Shown here: one piece after another, positions 1 through 9,147 of the stretch | Layout of the letters: every line of letters begins with the position of its first letter | How positions within the stretch are numbered: position 1 is the first letter of the stretch | From: Dehalococcoidia bacterium | GTDB taxonomy: Bacteria; Chloroflexota; Dehalococcoidia; Lucifugimonadales; Australimonadaceae | Assembly: GCA_965116255.1 (NCBI GenBank) | Contig: OZ220670.1 | Location: 522,293-586,292, forward strand | Direction: 5' to 3' | DNA length: 64,000 nucleotides | The notes under the pieces: model-generated | What the model was told of the DNA's origin: nothing | The model's input: the letters and a program-made list of their open reading frames with translations, nothing else | Database searches by the model: none | Made by a program: the position numbers and the translations under genes

Positions 1-349
1 CAATCGCTATCCGGAGGTCGCCGCGCGCTACTGGGGCTGGCAGTACGGGCCGAGAGAGGTCATCAAGTACTTCGAGTCGGTCGAATCGGAGTATGACCAG
101 CTGGTAATGGAGGGGGATGTCAACGAACCGTACATCTTCCTCCGCTTCTACGCCCCGGAGGGATGCGCCAAGTGTGCCCTTGGCGACGACAGCCTGTACG
201 ACGCTTCACGGCGGCAACTGTTTGCACTGAGGCCCGGGCATGTCGATAGGGCCCGCTTCGATGTGGCGGTGAAGCACATCGTGGAGTATCCGCGCGGGTC
301 GCGGTCGTTCCTGCTCGTCGAGTTGGAGCAGCGAAGGGTGGCGCGTTGA
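1..349 (+). CDS. 3' end of a gene starting upstream of the window; hypothetical protein
   Basis: Frame 2 is open from the window edge to TGA 347-349 (NRYPEVAARYWGWQYGPREVIKYF...VELEQRRVAR). Codons are GC3-rich. No family recognised. Confidence 0.5.
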   Translation, partial: NRYPEVAARYWGWQYGPREVIKYFESVESEYDQLVMEGDVNEPYIFLRFYAPEGCAKCALGDDSLYDASRRQLFALRPGHVDRARFDVAVKHIVEYPRGSRSFLLVELEQRRVAR

Positions 350-402
350 CAGGGTGCGCACGCCGCCGGAAACTCCGCACAAACGGCGAACGGAGGCGAC
401 TG

Positions 403-1164
403 ATGGCTGCGGGCGACTTGGTAGCGGAGACCGTCCAAATCACGGGGCACGGCGGGTTGCCGATACGCGCCTACGTCGCACGGCCGATGGGGCCCGGGCC
501 GTTTCCCGGCGTGCTTATTGCGCATCACCTGCCAGGCTGGGACGTGGAGAGCCTGGAGACGGCGCGTCGATTCGCCCATCACGGGTATGCTGCAATCTGC
601 CCCAACGTGCAGGAGCGCATTCCCGACTTGCCGCGCCAAGAGCGTGTACAGCACATCCGGGACAACGGCGGCTTGAGCGACGAGGAGATGCTTGGCGACC
701 TGCAGGCAGGCCTCGACTACCTGCGCTCGGGCGAACGCGACTTTGATATCGGGCGCGTCGGCGTAATCGGCTTCTGCTCTGGCGGGCGTGTTGCATACAT
801 GGTCGGCGCGCGCTTGGACGTTGATGCAGCCGTAGACTGTTGGGGCGGCAACGTCATCGTCGAGCCGGAACGGCTATCGCCGAATCAGCCCGTGGCGGCC
901 ATCGACATGACGGCGGACATGCGGTGTCCCCTCCTCGGGATCTTCGGCAATGACGACGCGAATCCGGACGTCGAGCAGGTGAACCGGACGGAGGCGGAGC
1001 TGCAGCGCCACGGCAAGGAGTGCGAGTTCCATCGCTACGATGGCGCCGGCCACGCGTTCTTCAGTTGGGAGCGCCCTGCCTACCGCGCCGAGCAAGCAGC
1101 GGACGGGTGGGAAAAGGTGTTTGCGTTTTTTGCCAAGCACCTTTCAGGAGCGGCCGCCGCATAG
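403..1164 (+). CDS. dienelactone hydrolase family protein
   Basis: ATG 403 is preceded by GGAGG (392-396). Alpha/beta fold with the Cys nucleophile elbow GFCSGG typical of dienelactone hydrolases, plus a C-terminal GAGHAF His region. The ORF-track start at 346 (TTG) lacks an SD. Confidence 0.8.
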   Translation: MAAGDLVAETVQITGHGGLPIRAYVARPMGPGPFPGVLIAHHLPGWDVESLETARRFAHHGYAAICPNVQERIPDLPRQERVQHIRDNGGLSDEEMLGDLQAGLDYLRSGERDFDIGRVGVIGFCSGGRVAYMVGARLDVDAAVDCWGGNVIVEPERLSPNQPVAAIDMTADMRCPLLGIFGNDDANPDVEQVNRTEAELQRHGKECEFHRYDGAGHAFFSWERPAYRAEQAADGWEKVFAFFAKHLSGAAAA

Positions 1165-1201
1165 ACCACCTACACCAAGATAGTGGCATGCCGGCTCTAT
1201 A

Positions 1202-2518
1202 ATGGTCGCCATGCGTCTTGCGGCCGGGGCTGGGCTTTTCCGATTCCTGTCAACCTCCTCAACAAACTACCGCTGGGTGATATTGGCAGTGGCGAGCCTG
1301 GGTGTATTCACATCGGGGCCCGGGCAGACATACACCTTTTCGGTTTTCATCGACCCCATGATCGAGGAGATGGGATGGGCGCGCAGCCACTTTACGGCGA
1401 TGTACGCGGCGGGCTCGCTCACTGGCGCAGTGCTCATCATCCTCGTGGGCCGGCTGCTGGACCGCTACGGGGCGCGGCGCGTGCTGGCGGGCGTCGTCGT
1501 GCTCTTTGGGCTGGCGGCCATTTGGATGAGCTACGTCGATACGACCCGCGACCTCTACCTCGGCGTTGCAGCCATGCGGACGCTCGGCCAGGGTGCGATG
1601 ACGATGGCGCCGACGACGCTCGTTGCGCTCTGGTTCGTGCGAAACCGTGGGCGCGCGACATCGATAGCCACGATGGGCGGCGCGGTGAGCGCGACCGTAT
1701 TCCCTGTCATCGGACACTCGCTCATTTCGCACTTTGGTTGGCGAGATGCCTGGATCGGGTTTGCATTTGTGATATGGGGGCTGATGCTGCTTCCGGCGCT
1801 GTTGCTCGTGCGTCGCTCACCAGAGAGCGTCCGGCAGCATCCCGACGGAGTAAGGGCAGACGAGCCCCCGTTCCACCAACCGGCGCCCCTGACAGCGGCG
1901 GACGGCTTCACGCTGCGTGAGGCGATGTCGTACCGCGCCTTTTGGTTCTTGCTGGTTGCGGGAGCGTCCTTCTCCCTGATCGGAACCGCGCTGACCTTCC
2001 ACAACATATCGTTGATGGGCGGGAAGGGCATCGGCGGCGTTGCCGCGGCAGGCGTGTTGAGTGTGATGGCGATCAGTTCGTTTGGCTCGAACCTGCTGGC
2101 AGGGGTGCTCAACGACCGCTACCCAAACCGCTTCGTGCTCGCATCTGCGCAGGCGCTGCTAATTGCAGCGATGCTTTCCTCCTTTCTTGTGACCAACACG
2201 GCATTGGCGATGGTGTACGGAGTGGTGCTCGGCGCGGGCATGGGCATCGGCATGAACACCATTACGGTGATCTGGCCGAACTACTTCGGGCGGCGGCACA
2301 TCGGCAGCATACGAGGCCTCGCAATGACCTCTACGATGGCATTCGCGGCGCTTGGTCCCCACCCCTTTAGCCTGCTGTACGAGTCATCCGGGTCGTACAA
2401 TCTGGCTATTGCAGTATTCCTTGTGCTACCCGCAGCATGCGCAATATTGGGAATAGCATCACCCCGCCCATCGAGGCGGGAGCGTGCTAGCGGCGCCGCA
2501 CGCGCTCCAACAGGATGA
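1202..2518 (+). CDS. MFS transporter
   Basis: 438-aa polytopic hydrophobic protein, about 12 predicted helices in two halves split by a charged central loop (RRSPESVRQHPDGVRADEPP). MFS-like GRLLDRYGARR motif after TM2. Confidence 0.8.
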   Translation: MVAMRLAAGAGLFRFLSTSSTNYRWVILAVASLGVFTSGPGQTYTFSVFIDPMIEEMGWARSHFTAMYAAGSLTGAVLIILVGRLLDRYGARRVLAGVVVLFGLAAIWMSYVDTTRDLYLGVAAMRTLGQGAMTMAPTTLVALWFVRNRGRATSIATMGGAVSATVFPVIGHSLISHFGWRDAWIGFAFVIWGLMLLPALLLVRRSPESVRQHPDGVRADEPPFHQPAPLTAADGFTLREAMSYRAFWFLLVAGASFSLIGTALTFHNISLMGGKGIGGVAAAGVLSVMAISSFGSNLLAGVLNDRYPNRFVLASAQALLIAAMLSSFLVTNTALAMVYGVVLGAGMGIGMNTITVIWPNYFGRRHIGSIRGLAMTSTMAFAALGPHPFSLLYESSGSYNLAIAVFLVLPAACAILGIASPRPSRRERASGAARAPTG

Positions 2519-3824
2519 GAATGAGCGCGCCTGAGCCAACGACACCGAGGATGAGCAGGCCAAGTTCCGGCGCACCCTCGAAGGGCAAGCGGAGGTGCTC
2601 AACGGCCGGAGTCGATGTTGGCCTTGGCGGAACGGGTGTCGGTGTTGGCATGCTAGGGTCGGGCAGAAGCAGGGCGTCGCCGGAACCTACGAAACGATAG
2701 AGATGGGCGTTTACGCCAATGGCGTAGAGTTCACCGCGCTCATCGGTGCCGAATGAGCGTATTCCAACCTCCGATGTAAGCACTTCGATTGGGCCTAGCA
2801 TCCGGTTGGCGACTCGATGAGCGGCCCAAACTTCGCCGGAGCATGCGTCGGCGTAGAGGTAGTGGCCGTCAAGGGATCGGGCGAATCTGCCGTAGTAGAC
2901 ATAGCCGCCAGTCGCACCGCACCGCTCGCCATTTCGATTGTACTGGAGGAAGGAGGTGCGCAGGCCTTCGCGATCGCACGAGGCGGCGTTGAAGCAGCTG
3001 GACCCCTCCATGACGGGCCAGCCATAGTTTGCGCCTGCAATAACGACTCCCGCTTCTTCGAACCGACTCTGGCCGATGTCGGCCACCCACAGCTCACCGG
3101 ATTCGGGGTCGAAGGAAAAGGTGCGCGGGTTGCGGAATCCGTACGCCCAAATCTCGGCTCGGGCGCTGCTGCTGGAGATTAGGGGGTTGTCGCTGGGAAC
3201 CGCGTAGGGGCTGCCTGGCGCAGCATTGCGCACGTCTATCCGAAGAACGCTGCCGAGGAGTGTGCTGGGGTCTTGGGCGCTGCGACTTGCGCCCCCGTCA
3301 CCGATACTGGCATAGAGGTAGCCGTCGGCACCAAAGGCAAGTGCCCCGCCATAGTTGCCGACCGACGGCAGTGGCTCTTCAAGAAGCACGAGTTCGGAGT
3401 TGGGGTTGGCAGCACCCGGATCATTCGCCGATACGGTGTAGCGAGCTAGTACGGCGCGAGGCGGCGCACCAGCGATGTAGAAGACGTAAAGGTGGCCGTT
3501 GACTACATACCCTGGGTCAAACGCGAGGCCAAGTAGCCCCGCGTCCGGCAACTCCGTGTCTACACGGGCGGAGAGGTCAAGGAAGGTGCTGGCGAAGCGT
3601 GAGTCGTTGGTGTTGGGAAAGACGCGGATCGTTCCACCCTGCTCCGCGATGAAGATGCGGTCGGTCTCGTCCCCAGCATGTGTGAGGACAACAGGGCGGT
3701 CAAACCGGAGTTGCTGGAAGACGGGCTCGAGGGCAATGCGAATCTGTGCTTGGGTAGACGTAGCAACGGTGAGCATTGCGGCAGCGGCCGCAAGAATGAG
3801 CGCGATGGTGAGGTACGCTCTCAT
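2487..3824 (-). CDS. PQQ-dependent sugar (glucose/sorbosone) dehydrogenase family protein, secreted, with C-terminal anchor
   Basis: N-terminal signal peptide (MRAYLTIALILAAAAAMLTVATSTQAQ). Beta-propeller SGDH-type motifs (LLGLAFDP, YGFRNP, GDGG). C-terminus has a PT-rich linker, LPFEG, a hydrophobic helix and RVRRR. Confidence 0.8.
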   Translation of the reverse strand: MRAYLTIALILAAAAAMLTVATSTQAQIRIALEPVFQQLRFDRPVVLTHAGDETDRIFIAEQGGTIRVFPNTNDSRFASTFLDLSARVDTELPDAGLLGLAFDPGYVVNGHLYVFYIAGAPPRAVLARYTVSANDPGAANPNSELVLLEEPLPSVGNYGGALAFGADGYLYASIGDGGASRSAQDPSTLLGSVLRIDVRNAAPGSPYAVPSDNPLISSSSARAEIWAYGFRNPRTFSFDPESGELWVADIGQSRFEEAGVVIAGANYGWPVMEGSSCFNAASCDREGLRTSFLQYNRNGERCGATGGYVYYGRFARSLDGHYLYADACSGEVWAAHRVANRMLGPIEVLTSEVGIRSFGTDERGELYAIGVNAHLYRFVGSGDALLLPDPSMPTPTPVPPRPTSTPAVEHLRLPFEGAPELGLLILGVVGSGALILILLERVRRR

Positions 3825-3910
3825 CGCGTGGCGGGCCTCTGCAGCACGTCTCGTATTGCCTTCACTCGGAGGCCTCGCCCCTACGGGAGAGGGAAGAAGA
3901 CCTCCGTTTT

Positions 3911-5407
3911 CTAGCCGCCGCGGCGACGGAAGCGATTGAGGAAGCCGGGCAGTTCGACCTTGGGTTCAGCTCCGTCCTCCTCTTCCTCCTCCTCAGCGGC
4001 AGCAGCTTCAGCCTCCTCGACGATGTCTTCCAAGGTGACAACTTCGACGCTAGCGGGCAAGCCGGTTGCCACGACGGTGACCCGCGCCTCCTCGTCGAGG
4101 TCAGGGGTTGTGACCATTCCGAAGATGATGTTGGCTTCGGGATGCACAGACTGGGCAACGAAGTCGGCAGCGGCCTGCACCTCTTGCAGGGTGAGGTCGG
4201 AGCCCCCGGCAACGTTGAGGAGGACGCGCCTAGCATCCTCGATGGATGTTTCGAGCAATGGACTGGCAATAGCGGCGCGTGCGGCGTCGACGGCGCGGTT
4301 CTCGCCCTTGCCGTGGCCAATGCCCATCCAAGCGGGCCCCGCATCCTTTACCACGGTGCGGATGTCGGCAAAGTCGAGGTTGATTTCGCCAGGAACGGTA
4401 ACAAGTTCAGCGATGGACTCCACCCCTTGTCGAAGCACGTCATCAGCGATGCGGAAAGCCGTCTCCGCAGTCATGTGCTGATCCGATAGCCTCGTAAGGC
4501 CGTCGTTCGGAATGACGACGAGGGTATCGACGACGTCCTTTATCCGCTCGAGTCCCTCCTCAGCCTGTTGGACGCGCGTCCTGCCCTCAAACATGAAGGG
4601 CTTGGTGACAACCGCGATGGTGATGATACCCATCTCCTTGGCGATCTCGGCAATGACGGGAGCGGCGCCGGTGCCGGTGCCGCCACCCATGCCAGCTGCG
4701 ATGAACACCATGTCCGTCCGTGCCAGCGCGTTGTAGATGTCCTCGCGTGACTCTTCGGCTGCTTCTTGGCCGATCTCAGGGTTGCCGCCGACGCCAAGGC
4801 CTCTCGTGAGGCGGTCGCCGATGCGTATCCTGGTGGGTATGTCAAGCTTCTCGAGGTGTTGCGCGTCCGTGTTGGCGGCGATATAGGTGACACCAATGAC
4901 CGGCGAATGGTACATGCGGTTGACTGCATTTGAGCCGCCCCCGCCGACGCCGATGACCTTGACCCGTGCAACGCCGATTTCATGGTCGTGCAGCTTGTCA
5001 AAGGTAAGCCGCTCATCCGAAACCTTCGCCTCAGCCCTTGCCGGCACCGGAATGGCTTGCTCGCCGCCATCGACGGGCTGGGCAGAGCGTCGGTCGGCGA
5101 CATCCTCGCGCCCCTCGACAATTCGCATCAGTCGCACCCAGGTACGCGACGGCACTTCCGACGGCTTGAGTAGGCCTTGCTCCAGCACCCCTAGCCGCTC
5201 TTCGGGAAAGTCCAACTCCTCGGCGAGGTCGGCAAGGGAAAGGTCATGCCTGTAGCGTTCGGCCCGGAAGTGGGTGGCTATCTCTTGCAGTTCACCGGGT
5301 GGCTCGCCGGCGAGGCTGATCCAGCGTCCGACAGCCTCGCTGGCAAACCTCGCCCAGGCAGTGCGGGAGATACCAACTAGCGAACGTGAGCTGTTCGAGC
5401 TTGTCAT
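3911..5407 (-). CDS. ftsZ: cell division GTPase FtsZ with ~146-aa N-terminal HTH-like extension
   Basis: Canonical core: VIGVGGGGSNAVNRM, NTDAQ, GGGTGTGAAPVIAEIAKE, NLDFADIRTV, and the C-terminal peptide ELPGFLNRFRRRGG. The ORF opens 146 codons upstream of the core. ATG 5405-5407 lies 3 nt after the upstream gene's stop. The start is inferred from coupling and codon pattern, and an internal start (Met94) is not excluded. Confidence 0.9.
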   Translation of the reverse strand: MTSSNSSRSLVGISRTAWARFASEAVGRWISLAGEPPGELQEIATHFRAERYRHDLSLADLAEELDFPEERLGVLEQGLLKPSEVPSRTWVRLMRIVEGREDVADRRSAQPVDGGEQAIPVPARAEAKVSDERLTFDKLHDHEIGVARVKVIGVGGGGSNAVNRMYHSPVIGVTYIAANTDAQHLEKLDIPTRIRIGDRLTRGLGVGGNPEIGQEAAEESREDIYNALARTDMVFIAAGMGGGTGTGAAPVIAEIAKEMGIITIAVVTKPFMFEGRTRVQQAEEGLERIKDVVDTLVVIPNDGLTRLSDQHMTAETAFRIADDVLRQGVESIAELVTVPGEINLDFADIRTVVKDAGPAWMGIGHGKGENRAVDAARAAIASPLLETSIEDARRVLLNVAGGSDLTLQEVQAAADFVAQSVHPEANIIFGMVTTPDLDEEARVTVVATGLPASVEVVTLEDIVEEAEAAAAEEEEEEDGAEPKVELPGFLNRFRRRGG

Positions 5408-5410
5408 GTC

Positions 5411-6055
5411 CTACTCTTCCTGGAACCGCTTCAGCAGAGATGCTACCTGCTTGCGGTCATAACCGTTGGTTTCACAAAACATAATGAACCGCCTGCGGGC
5501 GTACGCGATCTTGGTCTCGGCTATTTTTGCACTCGGTTCGCCGAGGCGCGCAGCCACGTCCCTCAAGCTCAGGCGCTGCATATAGCGCAGGCTAAGGACT
5601 AGCGTATCGGTAGGGAACTCGCGTTCGAACCGCTTCCAAGCGCCATCGCCCTCTGAGAATTCGCGGCTAACACTGAACCGGCTGGACTTGCCGCTGCTTG
5701 CCGGCTTTGAAGGCTCTGGAGCAACGCTGTGGCGGAGGGTCCAGAGGATGCGGAAACGCTCCTCAACGGCCTCGGCAAACCAGTTGGGCGCGCTTTGCCG
5801 CCCGCGCAGGGGCGAAGCGCCCGTGGCCATCCGCATGAAGGTATCTTGCACCGCATCATTCCGGAAGTTGGAGGGGATCCTATCGATACCCCACTTCTCG
5901 GGTTCGTCAAATATGCGCACGGCGAGTTCCTCGGCCAATTCCTTGGCCTCCGCTCCCAAGCTCTCGGGGATCACTCTGCTGCCTGGATCCTTGAGTATGT
6001 CCTGCAAGCGCCGCAGGAGCTCTTCGTCGGAACTGTAGCTGGGTACCGTCCTCAT
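5411..6055 (-). CDS. divergent ECF-like sigma-70 family protein
   Basis: C-terminal LSLRYMQRLSLRDVAARLGEPSAKIAETKIAYARRRF resembles the sigma-70 region 4.2 HTH. NDAVQDTFMRMATG...NWFAEAVEERF resembles region 2. There is a ~60-aa N-terminal extension. SD-like GGAAGG lies upstream of ATG 6055. Confidence 0.55.
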   Translation of the reverse strand: MRTVPSYSSDEELLRRLQDILKDPGSRVIPESLGAEAKELAEELAVRIFDEPEKWGIDRIPSNFRNDAVQDTFMRMATGASPLRGRQSAPNWFAEAVEERFRILWTLRHSVAPEPSKPASSGKSSRFSVSREFSEGDGAWKRFEREFPTDTLVLSLRYMQRLSLRDVAARLGEPSAKIAETKIAYARRRFIMFCETNGYDRKQVASLLKRFQEE

Positions 6056-6206
6056 CCGTGCCTTCCGTTCACGGGCGAGTACACCGCCCGATCGTATTTG
6101 GTGACATGCTTCAAAATGCCAGACTGCCAGAGAACAGAGGCAATCATAACAGATTAGCGCCGAATCCTAGCAACTACACTCAGCAAAAGATGCAGCATTC
6201 GGCAGG

Positions 6207-6530
6207 CTATGGCGATGTTGCGCCAACGTCGATGATCACTTGGTTGTCTCGGACCGTGATGCCGTACTTGACAAGAGGATGGGTCGGCGGCCCGCCACGA
6301 GCCGCGCCCGACCTAGTGCCGAAAACTCCGCTGTGCCACGGGCAGATGAGGACATCGTTCTCACACCTGCCCTCGCTCATCGGGGCGCCTGCGTGTATGC
6401 ATTCGGAAGATAGTGCGTGGTATTCGCCACGAAGGTTAACGAGGAGCACCCCCCTGCCCTGAACCGAGAAGAGCATCATGCTTCCTGGTTGCAGGTCGGA
6501 CGTGCTACAAACACGCTCTGCATGCGCCAT
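6207..6530 (-). CDS. Rieske [2Fe-2S] domain protein
   Basis: Rieske ligand motifs CIH...(17 aa)...CPWH (SECIHAGAPMSEGRCENDVLICPWHSGVF). Start is chosen at ATG 6530, preceded by GAGGTGG. The longer ORF-track start (6617) adds a non-protein-like leader. Confidence 0.8.
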   Translation of the reverse strand: MAHAERVCSTSDLQPGSMMLFSVQGRGVLLVNLRGEYHALSSECIHAGAPMSEGRCENDVLICPWHSGVFGTRSGAARGGPPTHPLVKYGITVRDNQVIIDVGATSP

Positions 6531-6633
6531 AGTGCCACCTCGAGTAGCGCACGAGACAAAGGTAGCAGAACTTCTGCAGAGCCGCTTCCTCAGCAGAGAG
6601 CCAGCAGGAAGGTTCATGTAGTAGCATCACGGC

Positions 6634-8196
6634 GTGGCTGTAGAGAAGAAATCAAGCGAACGGCTGGACGAGCTAAACCGGCGCAAGGCAGAGATCCAGA
6701 GCGCTGGTGGTTCGGCGCGTATCGAGCAGCAGCACTCGAGAGGCAAGCTGACGGCGCGCGAACGCATCACGCTGCTGTTCGACCCCGGCACCTTCGAGGA
6801 ATTGGACTCGTTCGTGACCCACCGCGGCACCGAATTCGGCATTGCCCAAGCCCGAGTGCCTGGCGATGCAGTCGTCACCGGATACGGGAAGATCAACGGG
6901 CGACCTGCATACGTCTATGCGCAGGACTTCACGGTCTTCGGCGGCTCACTGTCGGAGGCGGTCGCAGAGAAGGTGTGCAAGGTCATGGACATGGCCATGC
7001 GCAACGGCGCCCCGGTAATAGGCCTCAGCGACTCGGGCGGCGCGCGCATCCAAGAAGGCGTCGCGAGCCTTGCAGGCTACGGCGAGATATTTATGCGCAA
7101 CACAATTGCGTCGGGCGTAATCCCTCAGATATCCGCAGTGCTTGGCCCGTCGGCAGGCGGTGCCGTGTACTCGCCTGCCATCACCGACTTTACCTTCATG
7201 GTGCGCGGCATATCGCAGATGTTCATCACTGGGCCGGACGTGGTGATGGCGGTGACGGGCGAGGATGTCACATTGGAGGAACTAGGCGGTGCAGACAGCC
7301 ACGCATCCAAGTCCGGAGTCGCGCATTTCGTGGTGGAATCGGAAGAGGAGTGCATGGAGGCCATTCGCCACCTGCTCTCCTTCGTACCGCAGAACAACCT
7401 CGACGACCCGCCGGCAGGGACGCACGAGGACGACCCCGAACGTACGGATGAATCGTTGAGGGACATCGTGCCAGACGACCCTTCGCATCCCTACGACATG
7501 ATGGAGGTCATCGAGCGCATCGTGGACGACGGAGAGTTCTTCCACGTACAAGATGAATTTGCCCCGAACATGCTCGTCGGGTTCGCCCACCTGGATGGAC
7601 GGAGCGTGGGCGTCGTGGCGCAGCAGCCAGCGTATCTGGCGGGGGTCATCGACATACATGCATCGGTCAAGGCGGCGCGGTTCGTGCGCTTCTGCGATGC
7701 GTTCAATATTCCGATCGTCACCTTCGTGGACGTGCCAGGCTATATGCCGGGGACCGACCAAGAGCACCGCGGCATCATCCGTCAAGGGGCGAAACTGCTG
7801 TATGCGTACGCTGAGGCGACGGTGCCGAAGGTGACGGTGGTCACCCGCAAGGCGTACGGCGGGGCGTACATCGTCATGGGCTCGAAGCACCTGCGTGCCG
7901 ACATGAATTTCGCCTGGCCCACGGCGGAGATTGCCGTGATGGGCCCCGACGCGGCGGTCGGTGTGATACACCGACGGCAGATCGCAGAGTCTGAGAACCC
8001 CGAAGCGGTGCGCTCCGAACTGATAGACGACTACCGTAAGCAGTTTGCGACGCCCTACCAGGCAGCAGAGAGGGGCTACATCGACGACGTCATCGACCCG
8101 GCAGAGACTCGCCCCAAGCTGATTCGCGCGTTAGAGATGCTTCAAAACAAGCGGGACACGCTCCCGCCTAAGAAGCACGGGAATATCCCACTCTAG
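6634..8196 (+). CDS. pccB: acyl-CoA (propionyl/methylmalonyl-CoA) carboxylase carboxyltransferase beta subunit
   Basis: 520 aa. N-terminal GKLTARERI, and two crotonase-like CT halves (GGARIQEG, AYGGAY). Full-length resemblance to PccB/AccD5-type carboxyltransferases. GTG start. Confidence 0.9.
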   Translation: MAVEKKSSERLDELNRRKAEIQSAGGSARIEQQHSRGKLTARERITLLFDPGTFEELDSFVTHRGTEFGIAQARVPGDAVVTGYGKINGRPAYVYAQDFTVFGGSLSEAVAEKVCKVMDMAMRNGAPVIGLSDSGGARIQEGVASLAGYGEIFMRNTIASGVIPQISAVLGPSAGGAVYSPAITDFTFMVRGISQMFITGPDVVMAVTGEDVTLEELGGADSHASKSGVAHFVVESEEECMEAIRHLLSFVPQNNLDDPPAGTHEDDPERTDESLRDIVPDDPSHPYDMMEVIERIVDDGEFFHVQDEFAPNMLVGFAHLDGRSVGVVAQQPAYLAGVIDIHASVKAARFVRFCDAFNIPIVTFVDVPGYMPGTDQEHRGIIRQGAKLLYAYAEATVPKVTVVTRKAYGGAYIVMGSKHLRADMNFAWPTAEIAVMGPDAAVGVIHRRQIAESENPEAVRSELIDDYRKQFATPYQAAERGYIDDVIDPAETRPKLIRALEMLQNKRDTLPPKKHGNIPL

Positions 8197-8639
8197 CTGC
8201 GCGCCCATACGCATCGATACAGCTCGGGCATCGCCTGCTCAGCGCCCTCCCCTTCCCTCTCGCCTTCCGCAGGGTCTACGACAGTAAGCGACCAAACGCG
8301 GAAACCGAGCGCCCTTAAGAAGCCCGCGGCAGGCCATTCAGCGTCGGCCTCAAGCCGCCTGAGGCCTAGCCGCGTGATTGCGCCCTCCACGAGCGCTCGA
8401 CCGTGGCCTCGGCGGCGGTGCTCCAGCGCGACTGCAACGTGCTTGATGAGACCCTCGCCCGGTCCGGTGACCTCGACCCCGATACATGCGATAGCCTCTT
8501 CGCCGCTTCCGGTTATGGCGAAAAGGTAGTGATTGGAAGCCGTGCGATAGCGCTCAAGGGCCGAGGATGCACCGGAAGGCTCGACCAGGCTCAGCAGGTA
8601 GCGAAGGCCTGGCTCGAAGCCGTCTGAGGCCAAGAACAT
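8193..8639 (-). CDS. GNAT family N-acetyltransferase
   Basis: 148 aa. Acetyl-CoA binding motif A HRRRGHGRALV. 4-nt convergent overlap with the pccB stop. Confidence 0.75.
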   Translation of the reverse strand: MFLASDGFEPGLRYLLSLVEPSGASSALERYRTASNHYLFAITGSGEEAIACIGVEVTGPGEGLIKHVAVALEHRRRGHGRALVEGAITRLGLRRLEADAEWPAAGFLRALGFRVWSLTVVDPAEGEREGEGAEQAMPELYRCVWARS

Positions 8640-8646
8640 CGCGGGC

Positions 8647-9105
8647 TCAGCCCTGCCGCCAGCGGCAAGTAAAGCGTTGGACGCCGCGCTCTTGACCTGC
8701 CCCCGTCACCTCAAAGCCGCAAGCTTCAAAGAATGGCACCTCGTGTCCGTATGCGACGGCGTCAAACCGCTGCACATCCATCTCGGCAGCGAGCGCGCAC
8801 ATCATCTCCTGCCCTATCCCCTCTCCTCCGGCCTTGAGGGATACGGAGAGGTGGTGAATAACGGCATCGCTCCTTTCCATGCCAACGCCTACGATGCCGA
8901 CCGGAGTGACTTCGTCAAGCATAAAGACCAGAAGCCGCAGACCTTGGCCTCTATCGTAGCGGTGGAGAACCGCCTCAAGTTCGGGGATACCCGGCGCGCC
9001 GAAGGCAGCTGACATCAGTTTCCCCATCGGCACATTCGCGCCGACCTGCCCAAAGGGGACGAAGTAGGGGGCGCTCATGAGTACCGCTCCCGTTGCGCCA
9101 CCCAC
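8647..9105 (-). CDS. GNAT family N-acetyltransferase (second tandem copy, divergent)
   Basis: GNAT-like core (HHLSVSLKAGGEGIGQEMM, FFEACGFE). Start is uncertain; ATG 9078 is an alternative. Confidence 0.6.
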   Translation of the reverse strand: MGGATGAVLMSAPYFVPFGQVGANVPMGKLMSAAFGAPGIPELEAVLHRYDRGQGLRLLVFMLDEVTPVGIVGVGMERSDAVIHHLSVSLKAGGEGIGQEMMCALAAEMDVQRFDAVAYGHEVPFFEACGFEVTGAGQERGVQRFTCRWRQG

Positions 9106-9147
9106 CGGTAACTCGGCGAATGCACTAGCGGGCCGCGCATGCGTGAG

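Noticed and set aside
6417-7451. 344-aa + strand ORF overlapping the 5' half of pccB
   Set aside because: It is an alternate frame of the carboxyltransferase gene. It is Arg/Gly/His-rich and lacks any domain, whereas the 6634 frame gives a full-length PccB-like protein.
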